Origin: Polyangiales bacterium
Lineage (GTDB): Bacteria; Myxococcota_A; Polyangia; Polyangiales; Ga0077539
Assembly (NCBI GenBank): GCA_044229975.1
Contig: JBGARZ010000027.1
Span: 34,499-98,498 of the forward strand
Direction of reading: 5' to 3'
DNA length: 64,000 bases
Under the pieces are notes generated by a model. The model was not told the DNA's origin, did not search any database, and was given only the letters and a program-made list of their open reading frames with translations. Numbering within the stretch: position 1 is the stretch's first letter; every line of letters begins with the position of its first letter. Of this stretch, positions 28,896 to 39,206 are shown in pieces. The position numbers were made by a program, and so were the translations under genes.

Positions 28896-31800
28896 GTGAG
28901 GCGTTTCATCATGGTTTCTTTGCTTGCCGCGCAGGTCGCGGCGTCGGGCTGTCAGCCGGAGAGCGTCGTGGGAGGCAGGGACGTCCCCGTCGCCGACCTC
29001 GGCGCGGACGGTTCAGTCCTCTCTTCGGACGGTGGCTCGGACGCCAGTCCGATCGGCGATGGGGCGACGGGCGACGCGAGCAAGGTAGACGTCGCGGACG
29101 TCCCATCGTGTCCCGCCGGGAGCACGCTCTGTGACGGCGCCTGCGTGGACACGCGCAGCAGCCTCGCTCACTGCGGCGCATGCGGCGCCGCCTGTGCACC
29201 GACGGGGGCGGTCGGTGCGTGCGTGATGGGGGCCTGCACCGTCGCCTCGTGCAACGCGGGCCTCGCGGACTGCAACACGATGGCGGCCGACGGCTGCGAG
29301 GTCGACCTCAACATGAGCGCGGCGAACTGCGGCCGCTGCGGGAGCGCGTGCACCTTCGCCAACGCGACCGGCGCCTGCACCGCAGGCACCTGCGGCGTGG
29401 GCGCCTGCAACACCGGATTCGGCAACTGCGACGCCGACCCATCCAACGGCTGCGAGACCGACCTCAACACCACCGTCGGCGCGTGCGGCGCGTGCGGCAC
29501 GAGCTGCACCCTCGCGCACGCCACCGCGGGCTGCACCGCGGGCGCGTGCAGCGTCGCCTCGTGCGACACGGGCTTCGGCAACTGCGACGCGATGGCCGCC
29601 ACCGGCTGCGAGACGCCGCTCAACACCAACGCCAACTGCGGCGCGTGCGGGACGGCCTGCGCGGTGGGCACCCGCTGCTCGGGCGGCACCTGCGTGAGCT
29701 CCTGCCCGGCGGGCACCACGTTCTGCCCCGACCTCAACATCTGCGTGAACACGTCGAGCGATCTGTCCCACTGCGGCGCCTGCGGCAACGCCTGCCCGTC
29801 GCCCGCCAACAGCGCGGCGACCTGCTCGGGCGGCGCCTGCGGCCTCACGTGCACCGCGGGTTTCGGCGACTGCGACGCGATGCCCGGCAACGGTTGCGAG
29901 ACCAACCTCAACACCGCGGCGACGGCCTGCGGCGCCTGCGGTCGGGCGTGCGCGCTGACCAACGCCGTGGCGGGATGCGCGGCGGGCGCTTGCGTCGTGG
30001 CGAGCTGCACCGCGGGTTCGGGTGACTGCGACGGCAACCCCGCCAACGGCTGCGAGACCGACCTCGATACCACCGCGAGCGCGTGCGGCGCCTGCGGCAG
30101 CACCTGCAACGTGCCCAACGCCACCGCGGGCTGCGCGGCGGGGCGGTGCGTGGTGGCCTCCTGCAACGCCGGCTCGGCGGACTGCGACGCCAACGCCGTC
30201 AACGGCTGCGAGACGCCCACGACCACCAACACCAACTGCGGCGCGTGCGGCGTCGTGTGCGCCGCAGGGACTCGCTGCGCCAACGGCTCGTGTCAGAGCT
30301 CGTGCCCCACGGGTACGACGTACTGCCCGGCCACGGGCGTGTGCGCGGACTTCCAGACCGACGCGAGCAACTGCGGGATGTGCGGGACGATCTGCCCCGC
30401 GCTCGTCAACGCCTCGGCGTCGTGTCGCTCGGGCGCGTGCTCGTTCGCGTGCAACACCGGCTTCGCGGACTGCGACGGGAGCGCCACCAACGGCTGCGAG
30501 GCCAACCTCGGCTCCAGCGTGACGGCCTGCGGTGCGTGCGGCCGGGCCTGCGCGCCACCCCATGCGATCGGCGCGTGCAGCACGGGCCTGTGCGGCGTGG
30601 TGGCCTGCGAGGCGGGCTGGGGCGACTGCAACGGGGACCCGAGCGACGGCTGCGAGGTCGACCTCACCTCGACGGCGAGCGCCTGCGGCACCTGCGGCAC
30701 CTCCTGCCGACCGGCCAACGGCACGGGCGTCTGCACGGCGGGCCGCTGCGGCATCGCCTCGTGCGACGCGGGCTACGGGAGCTGCGACGGCAACGCGACC
30801 AACGGCTGCGAGACGCCCCTCAACATCAATAGCAACTGCGGCGCCTGTGGGACGATCTGCGCCGCGGGCACCTTCTGCTCGGGCGGCGCGTGCGTCGCGG
30901 CCTGCACGACGCCCACGAGCTACTGCGCGGGCACGCAGACCTGCAACGACCTCAGCGGCGACCCGCTCAACTGCGGCGCGTGCGGGCGCACCTGCGCGGT
31001 GCCGACCAACGCGACCTCGACCTGCGCCGCGAGCGCGTGCGGCTTCTTCTGCAACGGCTCGTACGCCAACTGTGACGCGAGCGCGGCCAACGGCTGCGAG
31101 GTCGACGTGAGCGCGAGCGTCCTCCACTGCGGCGCCTGCGGGGCGGCGTGCTCTCTCGCCAACGCGACGCCGACGTGCAGCGGCGGCGCCTGCGCGGTGG
31201 CCACCTGCAACCTCAACTACGGCAACTGCGACGGCCTCGCCGCCAACGGCTGCGAGGTGAACACCAACACCAGCCCGACGAACTGCGGGTCGTGTGGATC
31301 GGCCTGCTCGCTCGCCAACGCGACCCCCGCCTGCACCGGCGGCGCCTGCGCGATCGGCGCGTGCACCGCGGGCTACGGCAACTGCAACGGGCGCACGTCG
31401 GACGGCTGCGAGGCGCCGCTGTCTTCGGGCACCAACTGCGGCGCGTGCGGCAACCGCTGCGCGGCGGGAACCTTCTGCTCGGCGGGCGCGTGCGTGTCGT
31501 CGTGCCCGGCGGGGACGACCTACTGCGCCGGCAGCGGGAGCTGCATCAACCTCCAGACCAACCCGGACAGCTGCGGGGCCTGCGGCAACACCTGCCCGTC
31601 GGCGCCGCGCGTCGTGCGTTCGTGCACGGCGGGCGTCTGCGGCGGGAGCTGCGAGAGTGGCTACGGCAACTGCGACAGCAACTCGGGCAACGGGTGCGAG
31701 ACCAACCTCGCGACGAGCGTCAACAACTGCGGCGCGTGCGGCAACCTCTGCCGCTTCGCCAACGCGACGCCCGTCTGCGCGGCGGGGGCCTGCGCCCTTG

Positions 31801-31946
31801 GTGCCTGCTACCCGAGCTTCGCCAACTGCAACGGAACGAGCGGTGATGGTTGCGAGGTCAACCTCACGAACGACACCCGCAACTGCGGCGCCTGCGGCCG
31901 TACCTGCAGCGCCGGGCGGGTCTGCCGCCTCGGAAGCTGCCGGTAG
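28896..31946 (+). CDS. Lipoprotein made almost entirely of Cys-rich repeats
   Basis: GAGGAGG RBS then GTG; lipobox ASGC; tandem CGACG..C and GF.DCD....NGCE units to the C-terminus. Confidence 0.85.
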   Translation: MRRFIMVSLLAAQVAASGCQPESVVGGRDVPVADLGADGSVLSSDGGSDASPIGDGATGDASKVDVADVPSCPAGSTLCDGACVDTRSSLAHCGACGAACAPTGAVGACVMGACTVASCNAGLADCNTMAADGCEVDLNMSAANCGRCGSACTFANATGACTAGTCGVGACNTGFGNCDADPSNGCETDLNTTVGACGACGTSCTLAHATAGCTAGACSVASCDTGFGNCDAMAATGCETPLNTNANCGACGTACAVGTRCSGGTCVSSCPAGTTFCPDLNICVNTSSDLSHCGACGNACPSPANSAATCSGGACGLTCTAGFGDCDAMPGNGCETNLNTAATACGACGRACALTNAVAGCAAGACVVASCTAGSGDCDGNPANGCETDLDTTASACGACGSTCNVPNATAGCAAGRCVVASCNAGSADCDANAVNGCETPTTTNTNCGACGVVCAAGTRCANGSCQSSCPTGTTYCPATGVCADFQTDASNCGMCGTICPALVNASASCRSGACSFACNTGFADCDGSATNGCEANLGSSVTACGACGRACAPPHAIGACSTGLCGVVACEAGWGDCNGDPSDGCEVDLTSTASACGTCGTSCRPANGTGVCTAGRCGIASCDAGYGSCDGNATNGCETPLNINSNCGACGTICAAGTFCSGGACVAACTTPTSYCAGTQTCNDLSGDPLNCGACGRTCAVPTNATSTCAASACGFFCNGSYANCDASAANGCEVDVSASVLHCGACGAACSLANATPTCSGGACAVATCNLNYGNCDGLAANGCEVNTNTSPTNCGSCGSACSLANATPACTGGACAIGACTAGYGNCNGRTSDGCEAPLSSGTNCGACGNRCAAGTFCSAGACVSSCPAGTTYCAGSGSCINLQTNPDSCGACGNTCPSAPRVVRSCTAGVCGGSCESGYGNCDSNSGNGCETNLATSVNNCGACGNLCRFANATPVCAAGACALGACYPSFANCNGTSGDGCEVNLTNDTRNCGACGRTCSAGRVCRLGSCR

Positions 31947-31957
31947 TTGCTACCCAA

Positions 31958-31989
31958 GCAGGCGCCCTGACACACGTTTGGGCGCCTGC
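31958..31989. terminator. Hairpin between convergent genes
   Basis: gcaggcgccc-N12-gggcgcctgc. Confidence 0.55.
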
Positions 31990-32022
31990 CTCGGGGCCTC
32001 CGCGCAGAGCCGTCGATCGCGC

Positions 32023-33231
32023 CTACTGACGCCGCGTCTCTCGCCTGCGACGACCCGACAACCCGAACAGGGCGAGCAGCGCCGCGGAGAAACCCCAGCC
32101 GCGGCCGCGACTCGTCCGATCACCGACCCGGCAACCGCACCCCACATCGGTCACTGTCAGGCCAGAGACCCCGCCTGGCCCTGCGTCCAGGTCCTTGGCC
32201 ACAAAGACCCCTCCATCGGGACCGGTCCATCGGCCGCACTGGTTGTGCACGCAGGTCGTTCCGATAGGGCAGGTGATGCTCGCGCAGCGGTCGGCGACGC
32301 AGGCGCCGTTGGAGCGCTCGTCGCAGAACTCACCCGCCCCGCAGGTCACGCCCGCACAAAGGGGAACGCAGATCGGGTCCGATCCGAACAGGCGGCAGGT
32401 CGTGCCGCGGGTCGTGCAGATAAAGCCGAGCTCCGCGTTGTAGACGCAGCGCTCGCGGTAGCAGATGCCCGCCACGCAGGCGCCGCCCACACACTCGCAG
32501 CCGCCGTCCGCGGTAGGTGTGCCCACATCGCTGTGGGGGATCGCACGGTCGGAGGGGTTCGCAGGGCGGTCGTCGGGAGTGACCGAGGCGTCGCGGGTCG
32601 AGGCGTCTCCGAGCGCGACGTCCGAGCCGGGCGGGGTCACGTCGATCACGGTCGAGTCGCGTCCGGGTACGTCGGCCGACGACGCGGCGTCGGCGGAGAC
32701 GCCCCCGTCGAGCACGGCGCTGCCGTCGGACGGAGTCGCCGCATCCGCAGGCGTGAAGACGTCAGAGACGGATCGTGCGTCCGATGACGAGGGCGAGTCC
32801 GTCGGCGTCGCGACGTCGCGCGCCGTGGTGATGTCCACCGACATCGAGACGTCCGCGGAGACCGGTGCGTCGCTGGCGTTCACGTCCATGGCGTCGGGAA
32901 CGTCGCCCGGAGACGACGCGTCTGTGGCACCCGCGTCTGCGAAGCCGGCGTCCGCCGGGGTGATGCGTACGCAGGTGCAGTCTCCGCTGCACGTCACCCA
33001 CCCCGTGCGGGGACAGCTCGCCGCGCGGGTGGCGCAGAAGGGCGCGAAGCCCGACTCGCAGCCACTCGACCCTGGCAGCACGCACTGCCCTGGGAACATG
33101 TGACAGCCGCTGTTGCACGAGCAGCGACCCTGGGCGCTCGCGGTTGCGGGGAGCGTCGCAAAGGCGAGCGCGAGGAGGGTCGCCAGGACGTGATGTCGAT
33201 CGAGGCGCGGGCGGAGGGCGGCGGTCGTCAT
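32023..33231 (-). CDS. MYXO-CTERM secreted protein with two small Cys-rich domains
   Basis: Signal peptide ending ATASAQ; D/A/S linker; GCGCRVG...hydrophobic...RRRR tail; ATGA overlap with the upstream gene. Confidence 0.8.
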   Translation of the reverse strand: MTTAALRPRLDRHHVLATLLALAFATLPATASAQGRCSCNSGCHMFPGQCVLPGSSGCESGFAPFCATRAASCPRTGWVTCSGDCTCVRITPADAGFADAGATDASSPGDVPDAMDVNASDAPVSADVSMSVDITTARDVATPTDSPSSSDARSVSDVFTPADAATPSDGSAVLDGGVSADAASSADVPGRDSTVIDVTPPGSDVALGDASTRDASVTPDDRPANPSDRAIPHSDVGTPTADGGCECVGGACVAGICYRERCVYNAELGFICTTRGTTCRLFGSDPICVPLCAGVTCGAGEFCDERSNGACVADRCASITCPIGTTCVHNQCGRWTGPDGGVFVAKDLDAGPGGVSGLTVTDVGCGCRVGDRTSRGRGWGFSAALLALFGLSGRRRRETRRQ

Positions 33232-34184
33232 GGGTTGGGGCACCGTCGGGGCGTGTAGATGAGGGAGAAGGACTGCGAGGCGGTGCTGCGTCGGCCGCAC
33301 GCGTCGAGGGCGGTGAACTCCACCCGCCAGGTTCCGCGGAGGCCGAAGACCGAGAGCGGTGGTACGGCGCTGGAGGGGCCGCCCACCTGTCGACGGAAGG
33401 CGTACGGGGCGGCGAAGCGCGTCGCGGGTGGCGGTGCCTCGGCGCCGTCGGGCGTGATCCAGCGGGCGCCGACGGAGACCACGGAAGCCGAGGCCGTGAC
33501 GGCGGCCACGAAGTCGAAGTAGACGGGCGACTCGGACACCGAGCACGTCTCGATCGCCTGTGCGGCGGTTGGTGAGGTCACCGACACGGCAGGCGCGGGT
33601 CCAGCGCAGGCGACGTCGACCGCCGCTGAGTCCCGGGCAGCGTCCGCCCCGGCATCGTTGGGTCCGAGGTCCGAGAGCGGTGCGTCGCGAGGAGCGACGT
33701 CCATCGCGGTCACCGCGTCGACTCCGCTCGCAGTGTCGCCGAGCACGCTCGCATCCCGAGTGGCATCGGCCGCTGGCGCGTCACGCGTGGCGTCGAGCGC
33801 CAGAACGTCGGCTGGGGGGTGGTCGCTGAGGACGGCATCAACGGCGGGCCGGTCCGTCGGCAGGACGTCGGGCGGGCGAGCGTCTTCTCCCACGTCCGCG
33901 ACCATTCCATCGGTCGAAGTGGCGTCGGGCGCGTCGACGCTCACCAGGTCGCGATCGTCCACGTCCAGGGCGGTGTCCGCGAGCGTCACATCCCGGGTCT
34001 CGCGTCGCCCATCATCCGCAACGTCGACGACCGCGTCGGGAGCAAGGTCACCATCGACGTCGATGGCCGTCGCGTCCCCGAGCGCATCCGCCACCACCTG
34101 TGCATCGACACCGATCAGGTCGCTCCCGCACCCGACGGAGAGCACGCCGCACAGCCATCCGATCAACCGTCTTCTTCCGATCAA
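33228..34184 (-). CDS. Lipoprotein with Asp/Ala-rich linker and Ig-like C-terminal domain
   Basis: GGAGG RBS, TTG start, lipobox SVGCG; PAVSVTSP...TALDACG Ig-like pattern. Confidence 0.7.
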   Translation of the reverse strand: MIGRRRLIGWLCGVLSVGCGSDLIGVDAQVVADALGDATAIDVDGDLAPDAVVDVADDGRRETRDVTLADTALDVDDRDLVSVDAPDATSTDGMVADVGEDARPPDVLPTDRPAVDAVLSDHPPADVLALDATRDAPAADATRDASVLGDTASGVDAVTAMDVAPRDAPLSDLGPNDAGADAARDSAAVDVACAGPAPAVSVTSPTAAQAIETCSVSESPVYFDFVAAVTASASVVSVGARWITPDGAEAPPPATRFAAPYAFRRQVGGPSSAVPPLSVFGLRGTWRVEFTALDACGRRSTASQSFSLIYTPRRCPNP

Positions 34185-34221
34185 CTCGTCCTCCGACCTT
34201 CCAAGGTGAAGGAGACGCGGC

Positions 34222-34299
34222 AGCAACCTCCGTACCCTTTGGCCGCGCAGACGGATCGGTCGCTCCGCGCGATGGTCGACTGTCCGGGCCGTGCACAGG
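34222..34299 (-). promoter_or_regulatory. Sigma54 promoter plus motif A variant
   Basis: Minus-strand GGGTACGGAGGTTGCT (34237-34222); tgtccg-ggccg-tgcaca 34281-34297. Confidence 0.6.
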
Positions 34300-34379
34300 T
34301 TGGACGCAGGACCTGTATACGAACTCGACACTCCACTTGGTTGGCGCCCGAAGACGTCGCGTGACGTGCTCTCGTGATC

Positions 34380-34709
34380 GCTACCGCTCGGAAAGCGATC
34401 GGGCGCGGCCAAGGCTCGCGGTCTGCTGCGGTCGCACCGCGCGACGAGCGGGAGGTGACCATCACGCTCGTCCCGCTGCCGGTCGCGCCCTCGGTCACCG
34501 TCGCTCCGCCGCCCTTGCCTGTTGTGGTGAGTCCACCTGTCCGAGCCGCGACTCCGTCTCCGACATCGTGAGGGGTGGGCGGCCAGGGTCTCGCCGCGCA
34601 GCAGCTCCGTCACGAGGAAGGGCTCCCCGAGGTGTGTTCCGACGTCGCGCACCTTGATCGCCGCCCGTCGTCCGAGCGCGGTGAGCTCCGCCCCGTCTTC
34701 GATGGCCAT
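34380..34709 (-). pseudogene. Ser/Thr kinase remnant with large internal deletions
   Basis: LGRRAAIKV fused directly to RDVGTHLGEPFLVTELLRGETLAAH; catalytic loop absent. Confidence 0.65.
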
Positions 34710-34716
34710 CAGGCTC

Positions 34717-35217
34717 TCACTGGCACCGCATCGCGCACGCGCCGTGGCAGCAGCGGGGTGCACCCGGGCCGCAGCTCGCACCGCAGGCGCCGCAGTGGCG
34801 CACGTCGCTGCGAAGGTCGACGCACTGCACGCCGCAGATGACCTCCGGGGCGCGACAGCTCTCGCCCCGGCACGCGCTCGCTGTGCAGCGCATGGGTACC
34901 GCGCAGGCGGCCTGGCAGGCGCCGCAGTGCGCGTCGGAGGTGGTGAGGTCGGTCTCGCAGCCGTTGGCCGCGACGCCGTCGCAGTCGGCCGTCCCTGGTG
35001 CGCACGCGCAGGTGGTAGCACCACAGTCGGGTGAGGCGTTGGCGTCGTTCGACGCGCGGTCCACGTGGTCGCCGGCCGCGTCGACCAGGCTCCCGTCGCG
35101 AGGGCCTGCGTCGAGGGCGGGCAGGAGCACCTCGGGGCTGAAGTCGAGGGCGAAGGAACACCCCGAGAGAGCGATGCCGAGGCACGCCACCACGCCCGCG
35201 ACGCGGTCAGCTCTCAC
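34717..35217 (-). CDS. Small Cys-rich repeat lipoprotein
   Basis: Lipobox LSGC; DCDGVAANGCE and two HCGAC units. Confidence 0.8.
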   Translation of the reverse strand: MRADRVAGVVACLGIALSGCSFALDFSPEVLLPALDAGPRDGSLVDAAGDHVDRASNDANASPDCGATTCACAPGTADCDGVAANGCETDLTTSDAHCGACQAACAVPMRCTASACRGESCRAPEVICGVQCVDLRSDVRHCGACGASCGPGAPRCCHGACAMRCQ

Positions 35218-36571
35218 GGCTGCTCACCGGCTTGGGCTTGAGGCCGTAGCGCTCCATCCGGGTGATGAGACAGCGCCGGGAGATGCCGAGCTCCCGCGCG
35301 GCTTGCGACTGGTTGCCGCTCGCGTTGGAAAGGGCCGTCACGATGGTGCGCCGCTCGGTCTCCTCCACCTTCGAGCGGAAGATCGAGGCGTCGTCCGCCG
35401 ACGACACCGTGCCGCCAGGGGATGCAGGCGTCAGCTGGAGGTGCGCGAGGCGGATCTCGTCGCGCTCGGCCAGCGCCATGCCCCGCTCGACGACGTTGCG
35501 CAGCTCGCGGGCGTTGCCCACCCAGGGGTGCGCCTCCAGCGCCTCCGCGACCCCGGGGCCGAGGCGCCAGCGCTTGCCGCGCTCGGCGAGGATGCGCTCC
35601 ACCATCGGCAGGATGTCCCGCGAGCGAGAACGCAGCGGCGGCACCAGCACGGTGACGCCGTTGAGCCGGAAGAAGAGGTCCTGCCGGAAGCGCCCCGCCG
35701 CGACCTCCAGCGCGAGGTCCCGGTTGGTCGCGGCGACCACCCGCACGTCCACCGGGATGGGCCGCGCCGAGCCGACCCGGCAGACCGCCTTCTCCTGGAG
35801 GGCGCGCAGCAGCAAAGCCTGGTTGGCGGGAGAGAGCTCGCCCACCTCGTCGAGCAGCAGCGTGCCGGCGTGGGCGCTCTCGAAGACGCCGACCTTGCGA
35901 GCATCGGCGCCCGAGAAACTCCCGCGCTCGTGGCCGAAGAGCTCACTGGCCGCGATGGACTCGGTGAGCGTCGCGCAGTTGATCGCAACGAAGGGCCCTC
36001 GCGCGCGGGGCGAGTCGCGATGAAGCGCGCGGGCCACCAGCTCCTTGCCGACGCCCGTCTCGCCCTGCACCAGCACCGCGAGGTCGCTCAGGGCGAGGCG
36101 GCGCACGAGGGAGAAGAGTTCGATGGTCGCGGGGTCGACGGCGACCGGCTCATCGCCCGCCGGCGTGACGAGCTCCCGATCGAACGCCCGCTTCGCGCCG
36201 CGCAGCGAGAGCAGCACTGCGATCACCGTGGCGCCGATTTCGATCCGCTCCCCGTCTTCGACCGCGCGACTGCCGTGAACTCGTTCGCCGTCGACGAAGG
36301 TGCCGTTGCGGCTCGCCTCGTCGCGCACCGTCACGCGGCGGCCGTCGAAGGCCACCACCGCGTGGACGCGCGAGGCACGCTCGTCTTCCAAGGGGACCTC
36401 GACCGACTCCGCGCGTCCGATACGAACCTCGGCCCCGGCCGGGATCACCACGACCCGAGGGGCTTGTTCCCCTCGGGTCACGAGGAGGCGCGCGGTGGCC
36501 GCGCAGTCGGCGTTCGCGGCGAGGAAGGCGGAGGTGTCGGTGCGAAACTGGTCCAAGGGCATGGAGAGCAT
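35207..36571 (-). CDS. FHA-domain sigma54-dependent transcriptional activator (bEBP)
   Basis: FHA (IGR..., SRVHA, SRNGT); GETGVGKE; ELFGHERGSFSGA; LLLDE; FRQDLFFRL; WVGNAREL; Fis-type HTH. Confidence 0.95.
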   Translation of the reverse strand: MLSMPLDQFRTDTSAFLAANADCAATARLLVTRGEQAPRVVVIPAGAEVRIGRAESVEVPLEDERASRVHAVVAFDGRRVTVRDEASRNGTFVDGERVHGSRAVEDGERIEIGATVIAVLLSLRGAKRAFDRELVTPAGDEPVAVDPATIELFSLVRRLALSDLAVLVQGETGVGKELVARALHRDSPRARGPFVAINCATLTESIAASELFGHERGSFSGADARKVGVFESAHAGTLLLDEVGELSPANQALLLRALQEKAVCRVGSARPIPVDVRVVAATNRDLALEVAAGRFRQDLFFRLNGVTVLVPPLRSRSRDILPMVERILAERGKRWRLGPGVAEALEAHPWVGNARELRNVVERGMALAERDEIRLAHLQLTPASPGGTVSSADDASIFRSKVEETERRTIVTALSNASGNQSQAARELGISRRCLITRMERYGLKPKPVSSRES

Positions 36572-36632
36572 GATCGAACCTGTTCAGGTGAAGGCGTTGG
36601 GGGACATCGACTCGCGGGCGCGTCGCGGGGCC

Positions 36633-39170
36633 TTACGGGCTCCCGAGTTGCGCGGCCGAGCCAGTGATCACGTCGTTGACCGGCGTCACGGTGCACGCCG
36701 AGGTGGAAGTGAACTGCACCCGCGCGACGCGCCAGAAGTCGTTGCCGAGGTTGGTCGCCGTCGGGCGCATGGAGGCGCCGGCGCGCAGCGAGCGGGTGAA
36801 CGGTGGCGCCGCAAGGGTGTCGCCGCAGTAGATGCGCACGGTCACCGCGACGGGGTCCCCGATGTCGCGACGGGCGCGGGCGTCCTCCCAGAAGTACGCC
36901 CCGACGGAGTAGATCTGCGAAGTGGGCGGGGCGTCCACGCGGACGTTCTCCGGCCCGAGGCCGATGAGGTTGTCCACGTCGAGGGCGGGGTTGTCCGCCG
37001 CCCCCGCGGCGTCCCACTCGGGGCCGCGGTTGTTCCAGTAGCAGACGTTGACGCTGGTCGCGGTGACCGCCCAGTTTGACGCGAGTCGGTTGTGCACCTG
37101 GAGGTCGAGGTCGACGCGGTCGGCGCCCGCCCCGGTGGCCCAGATGAGCTCCACGCGCAGCCCGTGGCCCTGCATCGTCACGGACGTCGTGCACGTCGCG
37201 GTGCGGCCCATCGCGTCCGTCGCGGTGAAGCGCAGCCCGTAGGTTCCGACGATGACCGACGTGAAGGTGGTGCTCGGCGTCGTCGGCGAGCCCAGCGTGG
37301 ACGCACCCCCCGCGGGCGCCGACACCACCTCCCAGCGGTAGGAGGTCGCGCCCGTGGCCATCGCCGTGCGCGTCACGGTGGTGCCCGCGGGCGCCGTGAT
37401 CGCGGCGGGGCAGGCAACCGTCGGCGCGCTGCACGAGAGCCCGTCGTCCGCCGCTCCGTTGCAGTTGTCGTCGAGCATGTTGCACGTCTCGCTGGCGGGC
37501 AGCGTCTGGCTCGCGCACGCGCCCCACGCGCTGCCCACGCCGCCCGACCCGGCGATGCAGCTCTGCGTTCCAGGGCGGCACACGCCAACACCCGAGGTGC
37601 CGACCGCGCCGTCGTAGCAGGGCTGCGCCGTGCCCGGTCGGCAGGCGCACCCCTCGTCCACGCGGCCGTCGCAGTTGTTGTCCGCGCCGTCGCAGAGCTC
37701 GGCCCGCGGACCGACCTCGCCTGCGCACACGCCCCATGCGGCCGACGTTCCGGTGATGACGCAGGTCTGCGTTCCCGCCGCGCAGCCGCCGACGCCTGAC
37801 GTCCCCGCGGGGCCCGAGTAGCACGAGCGGGTCTGCCCCCGGCGGCAGGCGCAGCCGTTGTCGATCACCCCGTTGCAGTCGTTGTCGATCTCGTCGCAGA
37901 CCTCCATCGCGGGGACCACCTGCCCCGCGCACGCCGCCCACGCCGCGACACCACCCGCGACCGAGCAGGTCTGCGTCCCGCCGCGGCAAGGGCCGACCCC
38001 GGCCGATCCCGCCGGGCCCGTGTAGCAGCTCCGCGTCTCGGCGCGTCGGCACGCGCAGCCCTCGTCGACGGCGCCGTTGCAGTTGTTGTCCGCCTCGTCG
38101 CACGCCTCCGTCGCGGGCACCCGCTGCCCCGTGCACGGGCCCCACGCGCTGCCCACGCCGCCCGCGCCCGCCGCGCAGGTCTGCGATCCGTCGGCGCAGG
38201 GCGCGACGCCGCGCGTCCCCATCGGTCCTTCGTAGCAGCCGCGCGACTCGCCCGGTCGGCAGAGACAACCGTCGTCGGCGGTGCCGTTGCAGTCGTTGTC
38301 CGCGCCGTCGCAGAGCTCGGCGCCGGGGAGCACCTGCATGTCGCACGGCCCCCACGTCGTGGCGCCCGCGGCCGCGACGCAGGACTGCGTGCCGCCGTGG
38401 CAGCGACCCACGCCGTCGGTCGCCGCCGGGCCGCCGTAACAACGTCGGGTCTCGCCCGCGGTGCACCCGCAGCCATCGTCGATGGTGCCGTTGCAGTCGT
38501 TGTCGGCGCCGTCGCAGGCCTCCGTCGCCGGTCGCGTGTCGCCGGTGCACGATCCCCACGCGCTGCCGACCCCCCCGGGGCCCGCGAAGCAGAGCTGCAT
38601 CCCGTCGCGGCACGCGCCGATGAGCCGGGTGGCGGGCTCGGCCCCGTAGCAGGCCCGGGTGTCGCCCGCGCGGCACTCGCAGCCGTTGTCGACCACCCCA
38701 TCGCAGTCGTTGTCGACGCCGTCGCACGCCTCGCCGACCTGCGCGACGGCGCCGGTGCAGTCGCCCCACATCCCGAACTCGCCAGTGCCTCCGCACCGCT
38801 GCATGCCAAACGCGCACGCGCCCACCCCCGCCACTGCCGGGAGCCCCGGGAAGCAGCGCTGGGTCGCCCCGGGGAGGCACGCACAGCCCTCGTCGATGCG
38901 CCCGTCACAGGTGTCGTCGAAGCCGTTGTCGCAGGTCTCCGTCGCGACGCAGATCCGCGCCCCGCCGTCGCTGGTGCCGCCGTCGACGCGGGGGACGTCG
39001 AGTGGCGACACGTCGAACACGAGGCCACTCTCTCCCTCGCTCCAGGCGTCGGACGAGGCGGCCGCGTCCCGCGCGCCCGTCGCGTCGTCCGTCGAGGCGC
39101 AGGCGTGGAGCACGGCGCACAGCGCGACCGCGAGAAGAGAACGGAGGGAGGCAGCGGGGCGATGGGGCAT
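36633..39170 (-). CDS. Cys-rich repeat lipoprotein with ExCDGxDNxCxG repeats, PKD-like and C-terminal beta domains
   Basis: Lipobox LHAC; repeated ExCDGxDNDCNG.CxC units; GLRVELIW..DLDL..H..LDVD..GPENV C-terminal domain. Confidence 0.85.
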   Translation of the reverse strand: MPHRPAASLRSLLAVALCAVLHACASTDDATGARDAAASSDAWSEGESGLVFDVSPLDVPRVDGGTSDGGARICVATETCDNGFDDTCDGRIDEGCACLPGATQRCFPGLPAVAGVGACAFGMQRCGGTGEFGMWGDCTGAVAQVGEACDGVDNDCDGVVDNGCECRAGDTRACYGAEPATRLIGACRDGMQLCFAGPGGVGSAWGSCTGDTRPATEACDGADNDCNGTIDDGCGCTAGETRRCYGGPAATDGVGRCHGGTQSCVAAAGATTWGPCDMQVLPGAELCDGADNDCNGTADDGCLCRPGESRGCYEGPMGTRGVAPCADGSQTCAAGAGGVGSAWGPCTGQRVPATEACDEADNNCNGAVDEGCACRRAETRSCYTGPAGSAGVGPCRGGTQTCSVAGGVAAWAACAGQVVPAMEVCDEIDNDCNGVIDNGCACRRGQTRSCYSGPAGTSGVGGCAAGTQTCVITGTSAAWGVCAGEVGPRAELCDGADNNCDGRVDEGCACRPGTAQPCYDGAVGTSGVGVCRPGTQSCIAGSGGVGSAWGACASQTLPASETCNMLDDNCNGAADDGLSCSAPTVACPAAITAPAGTTVTRTAMATGATSYRWEVVSAPAGGASTLGSPTTPSTTFTSVIVGTYGLRFTATDAMGRTATCTTSVTMQGHGLRVELIWATGAGADRVDLDLQVHNRLASNWAVTATSVNVCYWNNRGPEWDAAGAADNPALDVDNLIGLGPENVRVDAPPTSQIYSVGAYFWEDARARRDIGDPVAVTVRIYCGDTLAAPPFTRSLRAGASMRPTATNLGNDFWRVARVQFTSTSACTVTPVNDVITGSAAQLGSP

Positions 39171-39206
39171 CGGGTCGTCCTTGCGGCGCGGAGTGGGGCT
39201 TCCCTA

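Noticed and set aside
25611..31946. 2111-aa ORF as a single giant protein
   Set aside because: Its first half is an off-frame shadow of gene 25987-28356; the real gene starts at GTG 28896 after an RBS and promoter.
26500..31946. CxxC repeats as multiheme cytochrome or ferredoxin motifs
   Set aside because: The CGxCG units lack the following His and are in exported proteins; disulfide-bonded repeats are more likely.
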